A stretch of DNA of 64,000 nt, taken from contig JBDRJN010000006.1 in NCBI GenBank assembly GCA_043814965.1, positions 71,838 to 135,837 of the forward strand. Direction: 5' to 3'. This document shows positions 48,414 through 56,408 of this stretch, one piece after another; the first letter of the stretch is position 1, and every line of letters starts with the position of its first letter. The DNA comes from Candidatus Omnitrophota bacterium (lineage in GTDB: Bacteria; Omnitrophota; Gorgyraeia; Gorgyraeales; Gorgyraeaceae). A program made the translations under genes and the position numbers. Under the pieces are notes generated by a model. That model was not told where the DNA came from. It saw only the letters and a program-made list of their open reading frames with translations, and ran no database searches.

Positions 48414-49847
48414 ATGTTTTTAATATTTTTTTCATCGATACTTTTAGCGCTTAGTTTTTTCAGTTATAAATGCAGCCTTTTTGTCTTTATAGGGTTTGTC
48501 CCGCTCTTTTTTGCACTTCAGTCTAGATCAAGGATAAAGTCATTCTTTATATCATATCTTGCAGGATTCTTATTTTATCTTGGAGGGCTTTACTGGCTTT
48601 ATCATGTTACAGCCATTGGACTGATAATCATTTCTTTATATCTGGCGGTATATTTTGGTATATTCGGATTATTTTTTAATTATCTGGCCCGTACCCCGTA
48701 CCCCGTATCCCGCTGCCCCTGCCTTGCCGGCAGGCAGGTGTTACCCGTTACCCTTAATGTAGTGTCTATTCCACTCATATGGATATTACTTGAATACATC
48801 CAGAGCCGTCTATTTACAGGATTTGGATGGCTTCTTTTGGGCTACTCACAGTATAAAAATCTGCACTTTATACAGATAGCTGATCTTTTGGGTGTATGCG
48901 GAGTTTCATTTGTGATCATGGCAGTCAATTTTGCAATATATCAGTTGTTCAAAAGATCACTTAAAGAAACTATTATCATTATCTTAGTAGTATTCAGCAT
49001 AGTTAGTTATGGAAGGATAAGGCTTAATCAGGAATTCAAAAAAAAGGATATAGCTATCTCGGTCATACAGGGTAATATCCCGCAAGAACTAAAATGGGAT
49101 CCTAAGGCGACAGAGAGTATTTTTGAAAAATATTCAACCCTGACCAAAATAGCTGCGCTGGATAATACCGATCTTGTTGTCTGGCCGGAGACGTCATTGC
49201 CAGGCTTTTTTAGGAAAAATAAAGATATCACAGACAAAGTGTTGGGCCTGGCAAAAAAGTCTAATACGCCTATTTTGATAGGAGCCAATACGATAAAAGG
49301 TAACTACGAGAATTTCAATAGTGCTATTCTTATATCAGAAAATGGTAAGGTCATCGGAGAGTATGACAAGGTCCATCTGGTGCCTTTTGGAGAATATGTG
49401 CCGTTTTCAAAAAAGATACCAGCATTGCATGATCTGGTGTTAGGGGCTTTAGGGGAGTTTACTCCAGGACTGAAATATGAGATATTTACTTTAGGAGTAT
49501 CACCCGTCACCCGTACCCTGTCACCCGTACCCCGCAGCATCAAATTCGCTGTCTTAATATGCTTTGAAGACATATTTTCAGGGCTTGCAAGAAGGTTTGT
49601 TAAAGATGGAGCAGAATTTTTAATAGTCATTACAAATGATGGATGGTACGGTAATACCCCGGCTTCATTCCAGCATGCAGCATGTTCTGTATTTAGGGCA
49701 ATTGAAAATAGGGTAAGCGTTGTCAGGTGCGCTAATACAGGATATTCATGTTTTATAGACCCGCACGGCCGTATATATAGTGACGTAAGAGATAAAAATA
49801 CACCACTCTTTATAACAGGTCACAAGACCTCCATCGTAAAATACTAG
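48414..49847 (+). CDS. lnt: Apolipoprotein N-acyltransferase
   Basis: FTGFGW..LGYSQ, QGNIPQ, VWPET, YDKVHLVPFGEYVP, LICFE, TNDGWY, RAIENR, ANTG.S. Confidence 0.97.
   Translation: MFLIFFSSILLALSFFSYKCSLFVFIGFVPLFFALQSRSRIKSFFISYLAGFLFYLGGLYWLYHVTAIGLIIISLYLAVYFGIFGLFFNYLARTPYPVSRCPCLAGRQVLPVTLNVVSIPLIWILLEYIQSRLFTGFGWLLLGYSQYKNLHFIQIADLLGVCGVSFVIMAVNFAIYQLFKRSLKETIIIILVVFSIVSYGRIRLNQEFKKKDIAISVIQGNIPQELKWDPKATESIFEKYSTLTKIAALDNTDLVVWPETSLPGFFRKNKDITDKVLGLAKKSNTPILIGANTIKGNYENFNSAILISENGKVIGEYDKVHLVPFGEYVPFSKKIPALHDLVLGALGEFTPGLKYEIFTLGVSPVTRTLSPVPRSIKFAVLICFEDIFSGLARRFVKDGAEFLIVITNDGWYGNTPASFQHAACSVFRAIENRVSVVRCANTGYSCFIDPHGRIYSDVRDKNTPLFITGHKTSIVKY
48688..48753 (+). repeat. In-frame composite insert in lnt: heptamers + CCTGCC..GGCAGG palindrome + heptamers
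   Basis: CCCGTAC CCCGTAC CCCGTAT CCCGCTG.. CCTGCCTTGCCGGCAGGCAGG (48718-48738) TGTTACC CGTTACC, encoding RTPYPVSRCPCLAGRQVLPVT. Confidence 0.8.
49501..49535 (+). repeat. Second in-frame heptamer array in lnt
   Basis: CACCCGT CACCCGT ACCCTGT CACCCGT ACCCCGC, encoding SPVTRTLSPVPR. Confidence 0.8.
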
Positions 49848-49888
49848 AGACGTTTTCCAACCCAATAAGGAAACTGTTTCTGGGCTAA

Positions 49889-50389
49889 TCAGGAAGCTGT
49901 CCCTTGGATTGCTAGAGCATTGATCAGTCTTCCATTAGAAGTTATTTTTAAGACCCTTTCTTTGTAACTACTCCATTTGTATTCATATGGAGTAGTTACA
50001 ATATTTGCCCTTACAGGATTTAACTCAATATAAGTAAGACAATCTATCAAATACTTATCTTTAGTAATTATTTTGCTCTTGAATCTACCTTGCCAAAGAT
50101 ACCCAACTTTATTATATTTTTCATTAAAATAAGCTGTGTAGGAACGATTGAGTCCATGCATGAATTTTGATAAGTTTTTTTCTTTCTCTATTTGTCCGAT
50201 CATGTGTATATGGTTAGGCATTAAGCAAAAGCTATATAGCTTGAATTGGTACTTTACCTTGTAATGACTTATTCGTTTCAAATATTCTTCATAATCCAGG
50301 TTGCTTTTGAATATTACCTGCTTTTGATTACCTCTTGCGATTATGTGATAGCAGGAATTTTTTATTAGTAGTCTTGGCCCATTAGGCAT
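49889..50389 (-). CDS. HUH Y1 transposase, REP-associated (RAYT/TnpA-REP) type
   Basis: YHIIARGN...IF, CLMPNHIH (HUH), GYLWQGRFKS, YIELNPVRA, YKWSSY. Confidence 0.92.
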   Translation of the reverse strand: MPNGPRLLIKNSCYHIIARGNQKQVIFKSNLDYEEYLKRISHYKVKYQFKLYSFCLMPNHIHMIGQIEKEKNLSKFMHGLNRSYTAYFNEKYNKVGYLWQGRFKSKIITKDKYLIDCLTYIELNPVRANIVTTPYEYKWSSYKERVLKITSNGRLINALAIQGTAS

Positions 50390-50412
50390 GTTGACCTCCT
50401 TTTTGGTTTAGT

Positions 50413-50457
50413 GGCCCTTTACTATTATAGACAAATAAAAGTCCGGTTTTCTTTCAA
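50413..50457 (-). promoter_or_regulatory. Conserved upstream motif (copy at the transposase)
   Basis: Minus strand TTGAAAGAAAACCGGACTTTTATTTGTCTATAATAGTAAAGGGCC. Matches the comM upstream motif. Confidence 0.5.
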
Positions 50458-50534
50458 AAATTTTTCAATATGACAGTTTCCCGATTGGGAAAAGGGCAGG
50501 TTCCCTAAGGGGTTGGAAAACGTCTCTAATTCTA

Positions 50535-50563
50535 TTGACACTATTATATATATAATATATAAT
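50535..50563 (+). promoter_or_regulatory. Sigma70 promoter of the lysS operon
   Basis: TTGACA-N17-TATAAT, the full consensus. Confidence 0.8.
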
Positions 50564-50587
50564 TGACGAAATAAGGAGTATATATCT

Positions 50588-52030
50588 ATGTTAGAGATGA
50601 ATGAGTTTATTAAACAAAGACTTGATAAGTTAAGCGCTCTCAAGGAGATAGGTATCAATGCCTACGGAGAAAGGTTTGATAAGGCTTTGCCTATAGGAGA
50701 GCTGGCCAAGGATTTTGAAGAAGGAAAAGACATACAGACAGCTGGCAGGATCACCGCGCTCCGCGAACACGGCAAAAGCAGTTTTCTTGACTTAAAGGAT
50801 TCAAGCGGCAGGATACAGATCTATATAAAAGCCAGTAAGATCGGAGAAGACGCCTTTAATAATATATTTAAAAGATTAGATATAGGGGATATATTAGGGG
50901 TAAAGGGCGGGCTATTCAAGACCAAGACAGGGGAGACCACAATATTTGCTGATGAGATAACTTTACTTAGTAAAGGCCTTAGGCCTCTTCCGGAAAAATG
51001 GCATGGTTTAAAAGATGTAGAGATAAGATATCGTCAAAGGTATGTTGACTTGATAGTAAATGAAGACGTAAGAGAGGTCTTTAAGCTTAGAAGCAGGATC
51101 ATATCAAAGATAAGGAGTTATCTGGATAATAAAGGATTCCTGGAAGTAGAGACCCCTATGATGCAGTCTTTGTCTGGCGGAGCAGCAGGAGAGCCTTTTA
51201 AGACCCATCATAATGCCCTTGATGCAGATCTATACTTAAGGCTTGCGCCAGAACTTTATCTAAAAAGGCTTTTAGTAGGAGGATTGGACAAGGTATATGA
51301 ACTAAATAGGAATTTCAGGAATGAGGGCATATCTGTCCGTCACAACCCTGAGTTTACAATGCTAGAAGTATATGAGGCCTATTCTGATTGTTCAGGCATG
51401 ATGAAACTTACAGAGGACCTATTTAATCATATAGCAATGGATATACTGGGCACTTCGAAAATAAAGTTTAAAGACCAGGAGATAGACCTTACTCCGCCAT
51501 GGCCAAGATGGTCTTTTAGGGATGAGATCAAGAAGAGATATGATATCAATCCGGATGATCCCGCAAAAGCATGGATCGAGAAATTAAAAGCAAAGGGCAT
51601 GGATTTCAAGGGCAAGGATATAACAAGGTCCCAGATAGTCAATATAACAAGCGAGATGCTTGAACCTGAGATACAGGATAAGCCTATTTTCGTCACTGAC
51701 TTATTCGCAGAACTATGCCCTCTGGCAAAAAGGAAAAAAGGCGACCCTCTTCTTACTGACAGGTTTGAACTTTTTGTAGGCGGGATGGAGATAGCAAATG
51801 CCTATTCAGAGCTCAATGACCCCATAGAGCAGAAAAAGAGGTTCGAAGATCAACTGATAGGGCAGGAATCTGTCAAGAAGATAGACGAAGATTTTGTCAG
51901 GGCCCTTGAATATGGCATGCCTCCTGCAGGAGGGCTTGGGATAGGCATAGATAGATTTGTGATGCTATTGACTAATCAGCCATCGATCAGGGATGTAATT
52001 TTATTCCCTCAACTAAAACCAGAACAGTGA
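50588..52030 (+). CDS. lysS: Lysine--tRNA ligase (class II)
   Basis: PLPEKWHGL, RYRQRYVDL, FRNEG.S.RHNPEFT, YGMPPAGGLGIGIDR. Confidence 0.98.
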   Translation: MLEMNEFIKQRLDKLSALKEIGINAYGERFDKALPIGELAKDFEEGKDIQTAGRITALREHGKSSFLDLKDSSGRIQIYIKASKIGEDAFNNIFKRLDIGDILGVKGGLFKTKTGETTIFADEITLLSKGLRPLPEKWHGLKDVEIRYRQRYVDLIVNEDVREVFKLRSRIISKIRSYLDNKGFLEVETPMMQSLSGGAAGEPFKTHHNALDADLYLRLAPELYLKRLLVGGLDKVYELNRNFRNEGISVRHNPEFTMLEVYEAYSDCSGMMKLTEDLFNHIAMDILGTSKIKFKDQEIDLTPPWPRWSFRDEIKKRYDINPDDPAKAWIEKLKAKGMDFKGKDITRSQIVNITSEMLEPEIQDKPIFVTDLFAELCPLAKRKKGDPLLTDRFELFVGGMEIANAYSELNDPIEQKKRFEDQLIGQESVKKIDEDFVRALEYGMPPAGGLGIGIDRFVMLLTNQPSIRDVILFPQLKPEQ

Positions 52031-53211
52031 TGTTATACGAACTTTGGATAAGTTATAGGTACTTAAATTCGAAACGCAAAGAAAAATTTATTTCTATCAT
52101 AAGCGTCATCTCTATACTTGGCATTGCAGTCGGAGTGATGGCATTGATAGTGGTCCTTGCAGTGATGAGCGGTTTTGATAAACAGCTTAAAGATAAGATC
52201 ATCGGGACCAATTCGCACCTAATAGTTGAAAGAGAAGGCGGTATAGAGGATTATGATTTTTTAGTCGAAAGGCTCAATTCTCTTCCTGGGGTAGCGTCAA
52301 GTTCGCCGTTTGTAAATGGCCAGGCGCTTATAAGAGAACAGGATAAGGTGATCGGTGTTGTATTAAGGGGCATAGACCCTGAAAGAGAAAGACAGGTCAC
52401 TAATATAGGAAAATATTTAGAAACAGGGTCTTTACCAAAAGACCCTGGGACAGTGCTGGTAGGAAGAGAGCTTGCCTGGAGGTTGAACTTAATAGTAGGC
52501 GGCAAGATTTCTTTGATATCAGCCGAGCACCCTAAGCCAAAAGAGTTTATAATATCAGGTATCTTTAATTCAGGGATGTTTGATTATGATATGAACCTTG
52601 TCTTTTCGAATCTGGCATCTTCTCAGGAATTTTACGGGGTAAATGGCCTGGCAGGCGGCATTGGAATAAGATTGCATGATGTAGATAGAGTAGATGAGGT
52701 AAAGAACATTATCCAGGAGACCATCGGCTATAGCTATTGGGTGTCAAGCTGGAAGGACCTAAACAAGAATTTATTCAGCGCGCTTCAACTTGAAAAGATA
52801 ACTATGTTTATAATACTTGCTTTAATAGTATTGGTAGCCTGTTTCAATATAGTATCTACGCTTATAATGATGGTAATGGAAAAGACAAAAGATATAGGCA
52901 TCTTGAAGGCCATAGGAAGCAAATCCTCTAGCATAAGAAAGATCTTTGTATTCAATGGATTTTTTATAGGTTTAGCAGGGACTGTCTTGGGAGGCTCTTG
53001 CGGAGTATTATTGTGCGTTCTCTTAGGGACTTACGGATTTGTAAAATTGCCGAGAGATATCTATTATATAGATAAGCTGCCTGTCAATTTGAACCCAATG
53101 GATATTTTTACAGTGGTATCCATAGCTATATTGATAAGTTTAGTCTCTACGCTGTATCCGGCTTATCAGGCTTCGAGGATGCAGCCTGTAGAGGCATTGA
53201 GATATGAATAA
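52027..53211 (+). CDS. lolE: Lipoprotein-releasing ABC transporter permease
   Basis: GIAVGVMALIVVLAVMSGF, FNIVSTL.M.V.EK..DIGILKA.G, YPA..AS...P.EALRYE. This is a single lolC/E-type gene. Confidence 0.88.
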   Translation: MMLYELWISYRYLNSKRKEKFISIISVISILGIAVGVMALIVVLAVMSGFDKQLKDKIIGTNSHLIVEREGGIEDYDFLVERLNSLPGVASSSPFVNGQALIREQDKVIGVVLRGIDPERERQVTNIGKYLETGSLPKDPGTVLVGRELAWRLNLIVGGKISLISAEHPKPKEFIISGIFNSGMFDYDMNLVFSNLASSQEFYGVNGLAGGIGIRLHDVDRVDEVKNIIQETIGYSYWVSSWKDLNKNLFSALQLEKITMFIILALIVLVACFNIVSTLIMMVMEKTKDIGILKAIGSKSSSIRKIFVFNGFFIGLAGTVLGGSCGVLLCVLLGTYGFVKLPRDIYYIDKLPVNLNPMDIFTVVSIAILISLVSTLYPAYQASRMQPVEALRYE

Positions 53212-53216
53212 ATATT

Positions 53217-53879
53217 ATGCTGCGCGCTGATGAGATACGAAAGACATATAAAGAAGGTAAGATAGATATCCAGGTTTTAAGAGGAGTAAGCCTTGAAGTC
53301 AAAAAAGGAGAAAGACTTGCTATAGTAGGGCCTTCTGGGGCAGGGAAGTCAACGCTCTTACATATTTTAGGAGGTATAGACAAGCCAAGCTCTGGGAAAG
53401 TCTATCTATATGATTCGGATTTCTATTCACTGAGGGAACCTGAAAAGGCTAACCTCAGAAATAAAAAAATAGGTTTTGTATTCCAGTTCTACCACCTGCT
53501 GCATGAATTTACAGCGTTGGAAAATGTGATGTTATCAGGGTTGATAGGAAAAAGGAATAAAAACAGCTTGAAAAAAGAAGCATCTGGCATATTGAAAGAA
53601 TTTGGCCTTGAGGAAAGGGCCCATCATAGGCCAAGTGAGCTTTCCGGAGGGGAACAGCAGAGAGTAGCGATCGCAAGGTCTATTATAAATAGGCCTGATA
53701 TACTGTTGTGCGATGAGCCTACCGGGAACCTGGACTCTAAGATGGGAGAAGATATCCTAGGTATCTTATTTAGACTTAACGAGTCATATAAGACTAGCAT
53801 TGTTATCGTGACTCATGATAAAGAGGTAGCTAAAAAGACAGAGAGAATATTAGAGATCAGGGACGGAATGTTGCTATAA
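53217..53879 (+). CDS. lolD: Lipoprotein-releasing ABC transporter ATPase
   Basis: GPSGAGKST, GFVFQFYHLL, LSGGEQQRVA, DEPTGNLD. Confidence 0.9.
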   Translation: MLRADEIRKTYKEGKIDIQVLRGVSLEVKKGERLAIVGPSGAGKSTLLHILGGIDKPSSGKVYLYDSDFYSLREPEKANLRNKKIGFVFQFYHLLHEFTALENVMLSGLIGKRNKNSLKKEASGILKEFGLEERAHHRPSELSGGEQQRVAIARSIINRPDILLCDEPTGNLDSKMGEDILGILFRLNESYKTSIVIVTHDKEVAKKTERILEIRDGMLL

Positions 53880-53896
53880 AATAAACGGAGGGTCTT

Positions 53897-54769
53897 ATGG
53901 GTTCAAAAGTGTATATTAATGGTGAATATTTTGACAAAGAAAATGCCAAGATATCTGTTTTTGACCATGGCTTATTATATGGAGATGGCGTATTCGAGGG
54001 TATCCGTTCATACAATAGATCAGTCTTTAAATTAAAGGAGCATATAGACAGGCTCTATGAATCTGCCCATGGCATTATGCTGAAGATAGAACTCTCCAAA
54101 GACGCTATGACAAAGGCTGTAGTAGATACCTTGAGATTGAATAAACTAGATGATGCTTATATCAGGCTTATTGTAACGCGCGGCATAGGAGACCTGGGCC
54201 TTGACCCTAGAAAGTGTGAAAGGCCCTCAATTATAATCATCACGGATAAGATCTCTCTATATCCTCAAAAACTATATAAAGAAGGCCTTAAGCTTATTAC
54301 AGTGCCTACTCCCAGGAATATACCGGAGGCATTGAACCCTCAGATAAAATCCTTGAATTATCTTAATAACATCCTTGCTAAGATCGAGGGTATAAACAAT
54401 GGTTATGAAGAAGCGCTTATGTTCACTGCATCTGGGTATGTGGCAGAGTGTACAGGGGATAATATCTTCATTATAAATGGGAAAACTTTGATAACTCCTC
54501 CCGCATATCTTGGTATCTTAAAGGGTATTACAAGGGGATGTGTTATGGATCTAGGCAGGAAGATGAAGCTTGATGTAAAGGAAGGGATCTTGACAAGGCA
54601 CGATCTTTATATATCAGACGAGTGTTTTCTTACTGGCACTGCTGCTGAGATCATGCCGGTTGTGAGTATCGAAGAAAGAAAGATCGGCTCTGGAAAACCA
54701 GGAAAGATCACGCTGAGATTGATGGAAGAGTTCAAGGATCTGACAGGTACTACAGGAGTTAAATACTAG
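53897..54769 (+). CDS. ilvE: Branched-chain amino acid aminotransferase
   Basis: DHGLLYGDGVFEG, IKSLNYLNN, LKGITR, DECFLTGTAAE. Confidence 0.95.
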   Translation: MGSKVYINGEYFDKENAKISVFDHGLLYGDGVFEGIRSYNRSVFKLKEHIDRLYESAHGIMLKIELSKDAMTKAVVDTLRLNKLDDAYIRLIVTRGIGDLGLDPRKCERPSIIIITDKISLYPQKLYKEGLKLITVPTPRNIPEALNPQIKSLNYLNNILAKIEGINNGYEEALMFTASGYVAECTGDNIFIINGKTLITPPAYLGILKGITRGCVMDLGRKMKLDVKEGILTRHDLYISDECFLTGTAAEIMPVVSIEERKIGSGKPGKITLRLMEEFKDLTGTTGVKY

Positions 54770-54778
54770 GAGGCGCCA

Positions 54779-55303
54779 ATGGTTTGTGACATATGCGGAC
54801 AAGATCAGGCAACAGTCCACTTGACAGAGATCGTAGACGAGAAGATGACAGAGCTTCATCTGTGTGAAGGATGCGCTCAGAAAAAAGGCGCTCAGATGGA
54901 GAGTCATTTTGGTTTGGCAGATCTATTGGCTGGACTTGCTGATTTTGGCGGGACTCAATTTACTGATACACAGAAAGAAGCAAAGATAAAGTGCGCCAAA
55001 TGCGGGTTGACCTATGAAGATTTTAAAAAAGTAGGAAGGCTTGGGTGCGGGGAATGCTATTCAGCTTTTAAGGACGCTCTTGTGCCGCTTCTAAAGAGGA
55101 TACATGGCTCAAGCCAGCATTATGGAAAGTCTCCCAAGAAGATATCAAAGGCTTTAAAGGTCAATGAGATCAAAAACCACGAGACCAAAAATGAATTAAA
55201 AGACCTAAAAGAAAAACTTAAAAAAGCAGTACAGCTGGAAGAATTTGAAGAAGCGGCAAAGGTAAGGGACAAGATCAAAGAGATAGAAAAAAATAAAAAA
55301 TGA
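54779..55303 (+). CDS. mcsA: McsA (CXXC + UVR) activator of protein-arginine kinase
   Basis: Four CXXC motifs, GRLGC..CY, and a C-terminal UVR (EEFEEAAKVRD). Confidence 0.92.
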   Translation: MVCDICGQDQATVHLTEIVDEKMTELHLCEGCAQKKGAQMESHFGLADLLAGLADFGGTQFTDTQKEAKIKCAKCGLTYEDFKKVGRLGCGECYSAFKDALVPLLKRIHGSSQHYGKSPKKISKALKVNEIKNHETKNELKDLKEKLKKAVQLEEFEEAAKVRDKIKEIEKNKK

Positions 55304-55333
55304 CAGTTACGATCAAGACAAGAGGGCTTATTT

Positions 55334-56380
55334 ATGAAATTAGACGATCTATTGCATAGTCAAGGTGAATGGCTTCGGTCTACAGGGCCTAATTCTGATA
55401 TAGTTATATCTTCTAGGATAAGGCTTGCCAGGAACCTGGCGAAGTATCCCTTTAGCCATTGGGCCAGCAAGAAAGAACAGGAAGAAGTATTGAATATCTG
55501 TAAAGAGGCTATAAACTCTTCCAAGAAAATAAAGAATTCTTTGTACCTTGATATAGGCAAGCTTGATACAGTTGACAGGCAATTTTTGGTAGAGAGGCAT
55601 CTTATGAGCAAAGAACACAGTGTAGATGCTGATAATAAAGGGCTTTGCATAGGAGACAGGGAAGTCGTAAGCATTATGATAAACGAAGAAGACCATATGC
55701 GCATACAGGTCATGAAGTCAGGATTTGACCTTAGAGACGCGCTTTATATTATAAATGATGTCGACGATGAGCTCAGCTCTATTATTGAATATGCTTTTTC
55801 AATAAACTTCGGATACCTTACAGCTTGCCCTACAAATACAGGGACAGGCATGAGGGCATCTGTTATGCTGCATTTACCAAGCCTGGTCATGACAAAACAG
55901 ATCGGAAAAGTATTGCAGGCTATTACAAAGCTAAGCCTGACAGCGAGAGGTTTGTATGGCGAAGGCACAGAAGCAAGCGGCAATTTCTTCCAGATATCCA
56001 ATCAGGTATCGCTGGGGCAGAAAGAAGAGGATATCATAGATAATATAGAACGTATTATAAAACAGATAGTCGACCATGAGCATAGCGCTAGAGAAGCGCT
56101 TCTCTCTCAAAATAGGGCTGTCCTTGAGGACAGGATCTTTAGGGCATATGGTACGCTGAAAAGCGCTTATATAATCACATCTAACGAGACGATAGACCTT
56201 CTTTCACTTGTGAGGTTAGGGGTGGACCTGAATCTTTTAAAAGAGGTGGACAGGGCCTTGATAAATGAACTTTTTATAGTCACTCAACCCGCGCATTTGC
56301 AGAAAAATGAAAAGAAAAAACTTTCTCCGAATCTAAGAGATGTCAAAAGGGCAGAACTTATCAGGGAAAAAATATCATAA
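55334..56380 (+). CDS. mcsB: Protein-arginine kinase McsB
   Basis: SSRIRLARN, INEEDH.RIQ, GYLTACPTN.GTGMRASVMLHLP, QISNQ.SLG. Confidence 0.95.
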   Translation: MKLDDLLHSQGEWLRSTGPNSDIVISSRIRLARNLAKYPFSHWASKKEQEEVLNICKEAINSSKKIKNSLYLDIGKLDTVDRQFLVERHLMSKEHSVDADNKGLCIGDREVVSIMINEEDHMRIQVMKSGFDLRDALYIINDVDDELSSIIEYAFSINFGYLTACPTNTGTGMRASVMLHLPSLVMTKQIGKVLQAITKLSLTARGLYGEGTEASGNFFQISNQVSLGQKEEDIIDNIERIIKQIVDHEHSAREALLSQNRAVLEDRIFRAYGTLKSAYIITSNETIDLLSLVRLGVDLNLLKEVDRALINELFIVTQPAHLQKNEKKKLSPNLRDVKRAELIREKIS

Positions 56381-56408
56381 GATTTACTAATATTATAGGA
56401 GGTTCAAG

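Larger units (their letters stand above)
49845..50528. mobile_element. 684-bp element with 19-bp perfect TIRs carrying a Y1/RAYT-like transposase
   Basis: TAGAGACGTTTTCCAACCC (49845-49863) / GGGTTGGAAAACGTCTCTA (50510-50528), plus subterminal GGAAnCTGTCCC-like motifs inverted at the two ends. Confidence 0.75.

Noticed and set aside
50425-50658. 77-aa minus-strand ORF upstream of the transposase
   Set aside because: Spans the TIR, the lysS promoter and the lysS start; no coding features.
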